From positions 1 to 19,311 of the forward strand of contig JBHHXT010000085.1 of assembly GCA_046757165.1 (NCBI GenBank): 19,311 nt of DNA, in the 5' to 3' direction. Origin of the DNA: a bacterium (GTDB taxonomy: Bacteria; Zhuqueibacterota; Zhuqueibacteria; Oceanimicrobiales; Oceanimicrobiaceae). Shown here one piece after another: positions 1 to 9,231 of this stretch (position 1 is its first letter; the number at the start of each line of letters is the position of its first letter). The notes beneath the pieces were generated by a model. It did not search any database, was not told where the DNA came from, and saw only the letters and a program-made list of their open reading frames with translations. Position numbers and translations under genes: made by a program.

Positions 1-89
1 TATGTTAATCAATTTAAGTGCGTTGAATGGCAGCGCAGGTTATGCTTTCGTTTGAAGACTGGAATTCGTGTTGTTTAGATGAGACTTAT

Positions 90-1874
90 TCACTTCACCA
101 GCGTTTTCAATTCCTCCAGCAGAGATTCAATCACCCTGAATCCGCCTTCCCAGAAGCTCCCTTGTGTGAAATCCAGCCCCATTTTTTGCACGTGTTTCTC
201 CGGCCAATCTGAATCGCCGGCGGCCAGGAGCGCACGGTATTTCGGCACAAACGCCTGACCCTCTTCTTCATACCGGTTGAACAGGGCCAGCACAAACAGA
301 GCGCCGAAGGTATAGGCGTAGCAGTAGAAGCGGCTGTGAATGAAGTGTGGGATGACCGACCAGAACCACTTTTCTTCCTCCAGAAAATCGACGGCGTCGC
401 CATACATTTCATCCCGGCGGCGGAGCCACAACATGCAGAAGTCGTCAGCGCTCAGCCGGCGTTTGGCGCCTTCGAGGTGGGCGTCCTGCTCGAAAAGGGT
501 GTACATGGTCTGGCGCGAGATGGTGCCGAAAAAGTCCTCCAGTTTCGAGGCGATGATCTGGATGCGGCTATCGCGCTCTCGCTCCTGGGCCAGAAGATTG
601 CGCGTCAGCAGCATCTCCGCAAACACCGAAGCCGTCTCTGCCAGAATCAGCGGTGGGTGGAAAGTCAAGATCGATTCCCGCTCGCTCGACAGAACCGTAT
701 GCAGCGCGTGTCCGAATTCGTGGGCCAGGGTGTAGACGCTGTCGAGGTTGTCGACGTAGTTCATGAGCACGTACGGGTGCAGCGAGGGGGCGATGCTGTA
801 GCAAAACGCTCCCCCGCGTTTGCCGCGCCGGATTTCTGCATCGATCCAGTTCTCCTCGAACGCTCTTTTGATAATGGTTCCGAACTCCGGAGAAAAGCTG
901 CCGAAGCTCTCCAGCACCATTTCCTTGCCTTGCTCAAAGGGGACCACCCGCCGTGATTTTACGACCGGGGCATACAAATCGCTGCCGCGCAGTTTCGGCA
1001 GCCCCAGCATTTTCGCTTTCAGCCGGCAGTACTCCTGCGCCAGGTGATTGTGCGCCGTCGTCACGGCGATCATAGTTTCGACAACCTCGGTCGGCGTCTT
1101 GTTAGTCAGGTGGGTGGGTTGAATCGGGCTGTCATAGCCACGCAGCTCCATCTCGGTGGCGTGGTCTTTGATGATGTTGCCGAAAATGTTGGTGAAAATC
1201 AGGGCATTCTCTCCGTACTTGCCATCGTGGGCGACCTTGGCTTTTCGTCTGAGGGCTGCGTCCTGGTTTCGCTGCAGCTCTCGCAGCTCGCTCTGGGTCA
1301 ATTTTCTCATTTCACCATCGATCTCCAGCTCCCACTCGAAGGCGGCGGTGAATTCATCGAACAGGTTGACGAACGCCGTCTTGCCGGAGAGATTCTTGCG
1401 ATTGATGAGCTGTTCCTCTTTTTCGGACAACATGTAGGGCGTGAACAGGCGCAAGGCTTCAATGTGGTGGCGGTAGGGGTCCAGTTTGCCCGTTGCGAGA
1501 AATGATGCCATCCTGGCATCTGGAATTTTTTGAATCTCCAACGAGAAGAAGAGAGTTTTGTTGCTGAGGCGGGTGAGCGTGTCCTGTACTTTGGCCACCA
1601 TCGCTTTGTATTTGTCGGACTTCCCGTTCGCTGTGAACAGGAGGTTGGCCATGGCGTAAGGCCGGTAGCCTTTTTCGAGCAGGTCTTCGTAATCCTGCAG
1701 GGCCTGAAGCAAGCGCTCCGCCGTACAATCCTCGGCTGAGGTTTTTTCGTAGTACTTGTCTTTGAATGTTTCAGCAGACGCCACAGCAGCTTCAATGTCT
1801 TTATCTATTTGCGGGTCATCTTCGCCCGCGTATAAGTCACTCAGATCCCAAACGATCCCTTCAGCCTTTTCCAT
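90..1874 (-). CDS. pepF: Oligoendopeptidase F (M3B zinc metallopeptidase), about 594 aa
   Basis: N-terminal WDLSDLY, GKRGGAFC, HPYVLMNY, zinc motif TLAHEFGH, downstream AETASVFAE and C-terminal HF..RFYCYAYTFG are typical of M3B/PepF. Start moved from 1967 to ATG 1874, which has a GGGAG Shine-Dalgarno about 7 nt upstream. Confidence 0.93.
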   Translation of the reverse strand: MEKAEGIVWDLSDLYAGEDDPQIDKDIEAAVASAETFKDKYYEKTSAEDCTAERLLQALQDYEDLLEKGYRPYAMANLLFTANGKSDKYKAMVAKVQDTLTRLSNKTLFFSLEIQKIPDARMASFLATGKLDPYRHHIEALRLFTPYMLSEKEEQLINRKNLSGKTAFVNLFDEFTAAFEWELEIDGEMRKLTQSELRELQRNQDAALRRKAKVAHDGKYGENALIFTNIFGNIIKDHATEMELRGYDSPIQPTHLTNKTPTEVVETMIAVTTAHNHLAQEYCRLKAKMLGLPKLRGSDLYAPVVKSRRVVPFEQGKEMVLESFGSFSPEFGTIIKRAFEENWIDAEIRRGKRGGAFCYSIAPSLHPYVLMNYVDNLDSVYTLAHEFGHALHTVLSSERESILTFHPPLILAETASVFAEMLLTRNLLAQERERDSRIQIIASKLEDFFGTISRQTMYTLFEQDAHLEGAKRRLSADDFCMLWLRRRDEMYGDAVDFLEEEKWFWSVIPHFIHSRFYCYAYTFGALFVLALFNRYEEEGQAFVPKYRALLAAGDSDWPEKHVQKMGLDFTQGSFWEGGFRVIESLLEELKTLVK

Positions 1875-2062
1875 TCTGTTCTCCCGGATTGTGTTGCCCA
1901 TGCCTGCCCAGTTAAAAATCGTTGATGGCGCAGAATGCAAATTTACGATTTTGCAAAGCAGAAGCAAGCGCTATTGCACTTTTTTCATGCAAAGTGCCAG
2001 AAAGGCGAGGCCTGTCAGACATGCTGACAACTTGAAGTGACCGCATTGAAGAAGGTGAAAGG

Positions 2063-2076
2063 GAATTGCGCAATTC
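2063..2076. promoter_or_regulatory. Perfect 14-bp palindrome GAATTGCGCAATTC, candidate transcription-factor site
   Basis: Seen directly in the divergent pepF / clpB-unit intergenic region. A second palindrome TGTCAG-N5-CTGACA lies at 2013-2029. Confidence 0.35.
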
Positions 2077-2159
2077 TGTCGAAAGAGGCAGCAAGCCCGG
2101 TCGTCGGCGGCCGGGCACGATCTCCTGTGAAATCATATAGTTGAGCCAAGCTTTCTCTT

Positions 2160-2176
2160 TTGGCATACAATTTGAT
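2160..2176 (+). promoter_or_regulatory. Candidate promoter for the small-ORF/clpB unit (sigma54-like TTGGCAT-acaat-TTGAT)
   Basis: GG-N10-GA spacing matches the -24/-12 layout, with C>A at -12. It overlaps TACAAT (2166-2171), which could instead be a sigma70 -10. Confidence 0.35.
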
Positions 2177-2219
2177 TCAAACGCTGCGGTCAATCAAAAT
2201 GACAGAAAGGGAGAGAATC

Positions 2220-2471
2220 ATGTTTGACTTTTTTAATTTCTTTGAATCATCTGCAACCCAATCGGCGGAAGCCAGGCGACTTCTGGGGTTCACGGGCGTC
2301 GGCTTTCTTTTGGCCGCATTGGCCATTTTTGTTTTTCCGGAGCTGGTGGCTTATCTGGTCGCGACGATTTTGCTCTGGCTGGGTGGCACGCTTGTCGGTC
2401 TGGCGCTCCGGTCGAAAACGCAAGGTGCAGGGGATCAAACATTGCGCTATGAGTATTATGAATTTTTGTAA
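2220..2471 (+). CDS. Small two-helix membrane protein (DUF3096-like), about 83 aa
   Basis: SD-like AAGGGAGAG before ATG 2220 (alternative ATG 2199). Hydrophobic hairpin LLAALAIFVFPELVAYLVATILLWLG resembles the DUF3096 pattern. Confidence 0.7.
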   Translation: MFDFFNFFESSATQSAEARRLLGFTGVGFLLAALAIFVFPELVAYLVATILLWLGGTLVGLALRSKTQGAGDQTLRYEYYEFL

Positions 2472-2642
2472 ACCGAACCGGGCGCCTGGTCGGTTACTGA
2501 AAAAGCCGTCATTTGAGCTTTGATCGTCATTTGTTGTCATTTGCCCTGCGGGTGTCATTGAGCAAGCAAGGACCAAATGATGCCCGCAGGACATTCGATA
2601 TTAGAGTTTAGGATTTCGAATTTCCGGCTTGTCCGGCTTAGG
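2471..2642. repeat. Composite repeat/palindromic element upstream of clpB
   Basis: Hairpin 2471-2495; GTCATTTG three times plus GTCATTG; 15-bp stem 2545-2559/2576-2590; heptamer run TTCGATA-TTAGAGT-TTAGGAT-TTCGAAT-TTCCGGC (2594-2628). Confidence 0.6.
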
Positions 2643-2652
2643 AGGTTAACCC

Positions 2653-5280
2653 ATGACATTTGATAAATTCACCCTCAAGGCACAGGAAGCGTTTGCGGCT
2701 GCCCAGCAAATCGCGACCGAGTACGGGCAGCAGCAAATCGAAGTCGAGCATCTGCTCGAGGCACTGCTGCAAGAGCGCGAGGGCGTGCCGGTTTCTATTT
2801 TGAACAAAGTCGGGGCGAATGTGGCGCAGCTCCAGGATGCTGCAGAAGCGGAATTGCGCAAACTGCCGCGCGTCTCCGGGTCAGGGGCCGTGGGCAATGT
2901 CTACATTTCAAAGCGGCTGAATCAGGTGCTGAACGCGGCCATGCAGGAGATGCGACAACTCAAAGATGAGTATGTCAGCACTGAGCATTTGCTGCTCGCC
3001 ATTGTGGCGGAAAAGAACAGCCCCCTGGCAAAGACCTTTCAGCAGCAGAGCATCAACAAGGACACCATCTACAAAGCGTTGAAAGAGATCCGAGGCAGCC
3101 AGCGCGTCGTCGACCAGAATCCTGAACAAAAATATCAGGCCTTGCAGCGTTATGGCCGGGACGTGACGGATTTGGCCCGACAGGGCAAGTTAGACCCGGT
3201 GATTGGCCGGGATGAAGAGATTCGCAGGGCGGTTCAGGTGCTTTCACGCCGCACCAAGAACAACCCTGTGCTGGTGGGGGACCCCGGTGTGGGCAAAACC
3301 GCCATCGTCGAGGGCATCGCGATTCGGATCGCGCACGGGGACATTCCCGAGTCCCTCAAAAACAAACGGTTGATCGAGCTGGAAATGGGCACCCTGATCG
3401 CGGGCGCGAAGTACCGCGGAGAATTTGAAGAGCGGTTGAAGGCGGTCTTGAAAGAGATCGAGCAGAGCGAGGGCCAGGTGATTCTCTTCATCGATGAACT
3501 GCACACCATGGTGGGCGCCGGGGCTGCCGAGGGCGCCGTGGATGCGGCCAACATGCTCAAGCCCATGCTGGCGCGCGGCGAGCTGCGCATGATCGGGGCC
3601 ACCACCCTGGACGAGTACCGCAAATACATCGAAAAGGACAAGGCGCTGGAGCGCCGCTTCCAGCCGGTGCTGGTCGACGAGCCGTCGGTAGAGGATACCA
3701 TCTCGATTCTGCGCGGCTTGAAGGAGCGATACGAGGTGCACCACGGCGTGCGCATTGCAGATTCGGCAATCGTGTCGGCTGCGACCCTGTCCCACCGCTA
3801 TATTTCCGAGCGCTTCCTGCCCGACAAAGCCATCGACCTCATGGATGAAGCGGCGGCAAAGCTGCGAACGGAAATCGACTCCATGCCTGAGGAAATCGAC
3901 GAGATCGAGCGACGCATTAAACAGATCGAGATCGAGCTGGTTGCACTGAAAAAGGAGAAAGATGAGGCCTCAAAAGGGCGCATGGAGCACCTGAAAATGG
4001 AGCTCAGCGAGATCAAGGAGAAGTCGTCGCACCTGAAGGCGTGCTGGCAGGTCGAGAAAAGCGCGATCAAAGACATCCACGCGATCAAGGAGCAGATCGA
4101 GCAGACGAAGCAGGTTGCTGAGAAGGTCGAGCGCGAGGGGGATCTCAACAAAGCCGCGGAGCTGCGTTATGGGACGCTGATCGAGCTCGACAAAAAGCTG
4201 TGCGCGCTAAACGATAAACTTGCCGCGCTGCACCAGGATGGCGCCCTGCTCAAAGAGGAAGTGACGGAAACCGACATTGCCGATATCGTCTCGCGTTGGA
4301 CGCGGATCCCGGTTTCGAGGATGCTCGAGACCGAGCGGGAGAAGATTCTCAAGATCGACCAACGGTTGAAAGAACGCGTTGTGGGTCAGGATGAGGCGAT
4401 TGCAGCGGTGGCTTCGGCTGTGCAGCGCGCCCGCGCCGGTCTGAGCGAAGAGGACCGGCCCATCGGCTCCCTGCTCTTCCTCGGTCCGACTGGCGTCGGC
4501 AAGACTGAGCTGGCACGTGCTCTGGCTGAGTTCATGTTTGACGACGAGAGTGCCATGGTGCGTCTGGACATGTCTGAGTACATGGAGCCCTTCAATGTTT
4601 CCCGGCTCATCGGCGCGCCTCCCGGATATGTGGGGTATGAGGAAGGCGGTCAGCTCACCGAAGCGGTGCGGCGGCGCCCGTACACCGTCATCCTGCTCGA
4701 CGAAATCGAGAAAGCGCACCCCGAGGTGTTCAACATTCTGCTGCAGGTGCTCGACGATGGACGTCTGACTGACAGCCAGGGCCATGTGGTCAATTTCAAG
4801 AACACCATCATTATCATGACGTCGAACATCGGCGCAGATTTGATCCAGGAACGGTTTCGAGTCATGACGGCGGGCAATCACGGCACGCTTTACGAAGACA
4901 TCCGCCGGGATGTCTTGCAGCTGTTGCAAAAACAGATGCGGCCGGAGTTTCTCAATCGCCTGGATGAGATTCTGGTTTTCCATCCGTTGACCCGTGAGCA
5001 CCTGCGTGCGATCGTGGATATTCAGTTCGTGCAACTGGTTCGCAAGGCACTGGCTCGCCAGGGGCTGGACGCGGAGCTGACCGATGCGGCCAGGGATTTC
5101 CTCGCTGAGCAGGGCTTCGATCCCGTCTATGGGGCGCGGCCGCTGAAACGCATCATTCAGCGGCAAATCATCAGTGAGTTCTCCAAACGAATTCTGGCCG
5201 GGGAGATTGAAAAAGGCGACCGGGTGCGGATCGATGCCGGCGGCGGGGCGCTCGTTTTCGAGAAGCAGAAGGCGCGATAG
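2653..5280 (+). CDS. clpB: ATP-dependent chaperone ClpB, 875 aa
   Basis: Clp N-domain, [14 protein letters not shown], Walker A GDPGVGKT and [21 protein letters not shown], long coiled-coil M domain (AAELRYG), [27 protein letters not shown] at 2641-2645. Confidence 0.98.
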   Translation: MTFDKFTLKAQEAFAAAQQIATEYGQQQIEVEHLLEALLQEREGVPVSILNKVGANVAQLQDAAEAELRKLPRVSGSGAVGNVYISKRLNQVLNAAMQEMRQLKDEYVSTEHLLLAIVAEKNSPLAKTFQQQSINKDTIYKALKEIRGSQRVVDQNPEQKYQALQRYGRDVTDLARQGKLDPVIGRDEEIRRAVQVLSRRTKNNPVLVGDPGVGKTAIVEGIAIRIAHGDIPESLKNKRLIELEMGTLIAGAKYRGEFEERLKAVLKEIEQSEGQVILFIDELHTMVGAGAAEGAVDAANMLKPMLARGELRMIGATTLDEYRKYIEKDKALERRFQPVLVDEPSVEDTISILRGLKERYEVHHGVRIADSAIVSAATLSHRYISERFLPDKAIDLMDEAAAKLRTEIDSMPEEIDEIERRIKQIEIELVALKKEKDEASKGRMEHLKMELSEIKEKSSHLKACWQVEKSAIKDIHAIKEQIEQTKQVAEKVEREGDLNKAAELRYGTLIELDKKLCALNDKLAALHQDGALLKEEVTETDIADIVSRWTRIPVSRMLETEREKILKIDQRLKERVVGQDEAIAAVASAVQRARAGLSEEDRPIGSLLFLGPTGVGKTELARALAEFMFDDESAMVRLDMSEYMEPFNVSRLIGAPPGYVGYEEGGQLTEAVRRRPYTVILLDEIEKAHPEVFNILLQVLDDGRLTDSQGHVVNFKNTIIIMTSNIGADLIQERFRVMTAGNHGTLYEDIRRDVLQLLQKQMRPEFLNRLDEILVFHPLTREHLRAIVDIQFVQLVRKALARQGLDAELTDAARDFLAEQGFDPVYGARPLKRIIQRQIISEFSKRILAGEIEKGDRVRIDAGGGALVFEKQKAR

Positions 5281-5504
5281 TTGGCGACGGCTCTCGGGCG
5301 CCGTTCAGCTTCTTGACAAAAAGTTCATTTATTCCTCCGCAAAAGCGCTGCTTTCCTCTAATCTTATTTAGATACGAGGAAGTCGCTTGTGTCTGGCTCG
5401 AGAATAAGCCTATTCTTCAGTTTGATCAACGCAACTTTGAGAAGATCAGCGTCCAGCATATGGGCGCTGAACTGTTACATCTAATCTAAGGATAGCCGGG
5501 GAAC

Positions 5505-8500
5505 GTGCTTAGAAGGTATCTCACCGCAACGCTTATCAGCCTGATCTCCTGCACAATCTCCCTCAAAGATGTGGGCGGCCAATCCGCAGAGCTTTATCTG
5601 AAACTCAACCACACCGGTGTTGTCAATTCTCTCGCTTATAATCCGGACGGGACGCTGGTCGCCACCGCCGGCGCAGACAACACGGTAAAAGTGTGGAGCG
5701 CCTCCAGTGGTGAGCTGCTGCGAACGCTCAGCCACCACCAGGCAGATATTTTTGCCGTTGCGTTCAGCCCAAATGGTCGCTGGCTGGCCTCGGCTGGATA
5801 TGACCGGGCGGTCGTTGTCTGGGACGTTGAAAAGGGCGAAGTGGTGCGAGTGTTCAAGAATCATCGCCAGCCGGTCACGGATGTCGCCTTTACCATAGAT
5901 GGCAACCGGCTGGTCACGTGCAGCCGGGACAGTACCATCGCCGTCTGGGATCTGAGAACCGGCGCTCTGGGACAAACCCTCTTTGCACACCGTGGCCGCG
6001 TCAACGCAATTGCGTGCCATCCCGACGGTCAGATCCTCGCCTCCGTCGGCTCCGATAAGATGGTCAACGTTTGGCGCATCGCCACTGGCGACCTGCTGCG
6101 AAGTCTGGGCGGACATGTGAGAGCGGTCACCTCGTTAGGGTTTAGCCCCGATGGTCACCTGCTGGCCACGGGCAGCGCTGACGGCAGCGCCAGGATCTGG
6201 CGGGTCGACACCTGGCAAGTTTTGCATGTCCTCCAGGGTGAGGGACAGGTGAGCGCGGTCGGCTTTAGTCCGGACAGCAAGCTGTTCATGGCAGCCGGAG
6301 AGGATGGATTCATTCGCACCTGGAATGTGAAGACCTGGCAGTTGCGGGACAGAATCAAGGCGCATTCTGCGCGTGTAAAGGACCTGGCTTTCTCTCCGGA
6401 TGGCAGCAAGATCGTCTCATCCGGCGCCGACGGCCTCGTCGCCTTCTTGAGTCTCAATCCGCCCGAATTGGTGCGGCAAGTCGAGGCCCAATCCCGGGAT
6501 ATCCTCTCTGTTGCCATCGGTGGCGATGACGATGTTGTCGTGTCGGCTGAGCACGACGGGACGTTCAAGGTCTGGGATCTTCGTTCTGGGCGGCAGACAG
6601 CGGCCATCCCAGCCCACGACGGTCCGGTCTGGTCGGTGGACTTCCACGCCAATGGTCGCTTTCTCGTCACCGCTGGTGGCGACGGCAGCGCGAAAGTCTG
6701 GGAGTTCGGGTCTCGAATCCCTGTTCAAACCCTGCGCGGTCACGTCGGCCCCGTCTATTCGGCGGTGTTCAGTCCGGACGGTAGGAAGGTGGCGACGGCC
6801 GGCCATGACAAGACCGTTCGAGTCTGGGACCGGTATTCTGGCCGACTGTTGCTGACTCTCGTCGGCCATTTGGCACGAGTCTGGGCGGTTGAATACAGCC
6901 CGAACGGCGGTCTGCTCGCCTCCAGCAGCGATGATTACTCTGCAAGAATTTGGGACAGCAGCAGCGGTCAGTTGCTTCGCACCCTGCCCGGCCACGCCGC
7001 CCTGGTGCGCTCTATCAGCTTCAGTCCTGATGGCCGCTGGCTGGCGACGGCCAGCTCGGACAAGACCATTATGGTTTGGGAGGTTCGAACCGGAAGCCTC
7101 CTGCGCACCCTCTCCGGACACGTTTCCAGCGTCAAGGCCGTGCGTTTTAGCCCCGATGGTCGCATACTGGCCTCAGGTGGCTTTGACAACGTGATCAAGC
7201 TCTGGGATGCGCAAACGTGGCAGCCGGTTGACGATTTGGCCGGCCATGCCAATGACATCAATGCGCTGGCTTTTCGCTCTGACAGCCGGGGCCTGGTTTC
7301 GTGCAGCCCCGACGGCACGATCAAGTTGTGGGCGTTTTCGGCGGGCCTGCGCGCGATGACCTTTGTGAACTTGCCTGGCGGTGAGTGGCTTTCGGTTGCA
7401 CCCGGAGGTCTGTTTTATGCCGGCTCAGAGCATGCTGAGCAATACGCTGGTGTGCGCTTCGATCAAAGCTTGCACGCGATCTCTCCGCTTCTGGAGCATA
7501 AGGAAGAGCTCAAGCAGGCCGACTTGCGCGCGCTCCCCGTTGATGAGCCTGAGATCAGGAGCGCCCCTGCCACAGGAAAGGCGATTCATCCAACGTACTT
7601 CTTGCTGGCAGGCCTTGTGATCGGCGCGCTTGTCGTCGCCAGCGGCGGCGCTTTCATGGCCAGGAGACGCAGCGCCTCCGACAACAGAATCCACCAATTC
7701 TTCTCCCAGGCAGGCTACCGCCCGATCAAAACGGGTTCCGAGCAGATGTTCGAGCTGCGGCCCGACAACAGCCAGACACCTGGTTTTGTCATCGCCTGGC
7801 AAAATGGTGCTGCGGCACTCGAAAACAAGTTAAGCCACATGGTTCGAAAGAGCAGCAAGAAGCTCAAGAGCGACCCCAAGCTCTATGTGGTTCATGATGA
7901 AGCTCGAGCACTGGCCGAAGAGATGCAAGGGTTTCTCGACCGGCTCCAGTGTCGTGCGATTCCGGTTTCGACAACGCTTCTGAACCGCTCCCTGGCCTCC
8001 AACAATTGCCGTGAAGTCTTGCAGACCATCGAAAGGAGCTACCTCGATTGCGCCAATCCCTATGATTGCCCGAACCCCTTGCAAGATCCAAATCGATTTT
8101 TCGGCCGCAATGAGCTGTTAGACCGTTTGCCGGCGGCGCTGCGTCTGGGGCAGCATGTGGGACTGTTCGGACTCAACAAGGTTGGCCGTAGCTCGCTGGC
8201 ACACCAGATTCGCCATCGCTACGCAGAGGCCCCCTCTGTCTTGATCGAGTGCGGCAAGGTCTCCCCTGAGAAGGAGTTCTATTTCCTGGAGATAATCAAC
8301 CAACTGCAGCGGCATTTGGCCGCCGCCGGTATCCCCAATGTGCCTCACGCCCGCTCCATCTTGAAAGCGCGTGGATTTCGACAGGCTTTGCTGAGCCTGT
8401 TCGAAGCCTGGCAGATGGCAGGCAGTGGCAAGCCCTTCCTGATCATCCTGGATGAACTCCACAACTTTGGTGACAAAGGGAAGTTGGGTGAGGAGCAAGA

Positions 8501-9131
8501 GTCTTTACAAACATACGCCAGCTTGCTCAGAGAATTCGAGGCTCTGGCCATCAGCCACAAGTGTCTCTCTTTGCTGCTGACAGCCAACCGTCGCGAGGAG
8601 GTCTGGCCGGATTCTCTCGGAGAGAAAGGTCCCCTTTTTCAGAACATGCACATCGAGCATCTCGGCTTTCTCGCTCCCGACGACAGCAGGAATATGGTGC
8701 AAAGTCTCGGCGTGTGGGCGGGAATTCACTGGGAGGCGAGCGCCGCGAACCATGTGTTTCTGGTTTGTGGCGGCCATCCCCTTGTCACCCGGCTCTTTGC
8801 CAGCCATGTTTGTGAAAGAGGGGCGATCCGGCGGATCGAGTTTCCACACGTCGAGGAAACCGCCGAGGCGGTCCGCGCCGACATTCGCAATCATGACATC
8901 GGACACTACTTCGAGCATGAGGTCTGGCCCTTTCTCGCCGGCGAGGAAAAGGAATTGCTTCGCATGATCAGCATGCGAGGACGACAGGGATTGCTGCAAA
9001 GATATGTGCCACCCACGCTTCTCGGCGCCTTACCTTCGCTGGAAAATTTCGGACTGGTCGCCGACGACCTCGGCCGGCTCAGTCTGATGCCGCGCCTGTT
9101 TGACGACTGGGTTGCGGCGACCCTGCCGTAA
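5505..9131 (+). CDS. Signal peptide + 14 WD40 repeats + TM helix + STAND/AAA-like P-loop ATPase domain protein, 1208 aa
   Basis: GTG start after GGGGAA. N-terminus MLRRYLTATLISLISCTISL is signal-like. 14 GH...WD repeats (about 5598-7350). TM segment YFLLAGLVIGALVVASGGAFMA followed by RRR (about 7595-7670). NPY...FFGR motif, Walker A GLNKVGRS (8169-8192), Walker B FLIILDE (8436-8456), GGHP (8769-8780). Confidence 0.9.
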   Translation: MLRRYLTATLISLISCTISLKDVGGQSAELYLKLNHTGVVNSLAYNPDGTLVATAGADNTVKVWSASSGELLRTLSHHQADIFAVAFSPNGRWLASAGYDRAVVVWDVEKGEVVRVFKNHRQPVTDVAFTIDGNRLVTCSRDSTIAVWDLRTGALGQTLFAHRGRVNAIACHPDGQILASVGSDKMVNVWRIATGDLLRSLGGHVRAVTSLGFSPDGHLLATGSADGSARIWRVDTWQVLHVLQGEGQVSAVGFSPDSKLFMAAGEDGFIRTWNVKTWQLRDRIKAHSARVKDLAFSPDGSKIVSSGADGLVAFLSLNPPELVRQVEAQSRDILSVAIGGDDDVVVSAEHDGTFKVWDLRSGRQTAAIPAHDGPVWSVDFHANGRFLVTAGGDGSAKVWEFGSRIPVQTLRGHVGPVYSAVFSPDGRKVATAGHDKTVRVWDRYSGRLLLTLVGHLARVWAVEYSPNGGLLASSSDDYSARIWDSSSGQLLRTLPGHAALVRSISFSPDGRWLATASSDKTIMVWEVRTGSLLRTLSGHVSSVKAVRFSPDGRILASGGFDNVIKLWDAQTWQPVDDLAGHANDINALAFRSDSRGLVSCSPDGTIKLWAFSAGLRAMTFVNLPGGEWLSVAPGGLFYAGSEHAEQYAGVRFDQSLHAISPLLEHKEELKQADLRALPVDEPEIRSAPATGKAIHPTYFLLAGLVIGALVVASGGAFMARRRSASDNRIHQFFSQAGYRPIKTGSEQMFELRPDNSQTPGFVIAWQNGAAALENKLSHMVRKSSKKLKSDPKLYVVHDEARALAEEMQGFLDRLQCRAIPVSTTLLNRSLASNNCREVLQTIERSYLDCANPYDCPNPLQDPNRFFGRNELLDRLPAALRLGQHVGLFGLNKVGRSSLAHQIRHRYAEAPSVLIECGKVSPEKEFYFLEIINQLQRHLAAAGIPNVPHARSILKARGFRQALLSLFEAWQMAGSGKPFLIILDELHNFGDKGKLGEEQESLQTYASLLREFEALAISHKCLSLLLTANRREEVWPDSLGEKGPLFQNMHIEHLGFLAPDDSRNMVQSLGVWAGIHWEASAANHVFLVCGGHPLVTRLFASHVCERGAIRRIEFPHVEETAEAVRADIRNHDIGHYFEHEVWPFLAGEEKELLRMISMRGRQGLLQRYVPPTLLGALPSLENFGLVADDLGRLSLMPRLFDDWVAATLP

Positions 9132-9211
9132 TAGATGCCCAAATCTGCCAAAACTGATTCTTGCCGCACCCGTTGGGTGTTCGCGCGTTCGAGCCAATGT
9201 GAAAACATGGT

Positions 9212-9231
9212 AAAACAAGCCTCGGGCTTGT
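9212..9231 (-). terminator. Hairpin ACAAGCC-N3-GGCTTGT with short U-tail on the minus strand
   Basis: Perfect 7-bp stem 9215-9231; minus strand reads ...GGCTTGTTTT. Confidence 0.35.

Noticed and set aside
1875..1967. 31-aa N-terminal extension of PepF in the ORF track
   Set aside because: Family similarity begins at WDLSDLY, and an SD precedes ATG 1874.
1973..2000. CIRCE (HrcA operator) upstream of the clpB unit: ATTGCACTT-N10-AAGTGCCAG
   Set aside because: Spacer is 10 nt rather than the conserved 9, and each arm has several mismatches to TTAGCACTC/GAGTGCTAA.
2507..2560. CtsR operator in the GTCATTTG repeats
   Set aside because: Does not match the RGTCAAAnAnRGTCAAA repeat in sequence or spacing.
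4207..5166. 319-aa antisense ORF inside clpB, and similar shadow ORFs in pepF, the WD40 gene and the transglutaminase genes
   Set aside because: Typical antisense open frames of GC-rich coding sequence, with no motifs.
5313..5470. Promoter for the WD40 gene at TTGACA (5313) and hairpin 5446-5470
   Set aside because: No -10 hexamer at 16-18 bp spacing, and the hairpin has no U-tail, so no function can be supported.
5598..7350. CRISPR array or recent DNA-level tandem repeat in the 126-bp periodic region
   Set aside because: The periodicity is the protein-level WD40 repeat, and units are highly diverged at the nucleotide level, unlike HET-E-type hypervariable repeats.
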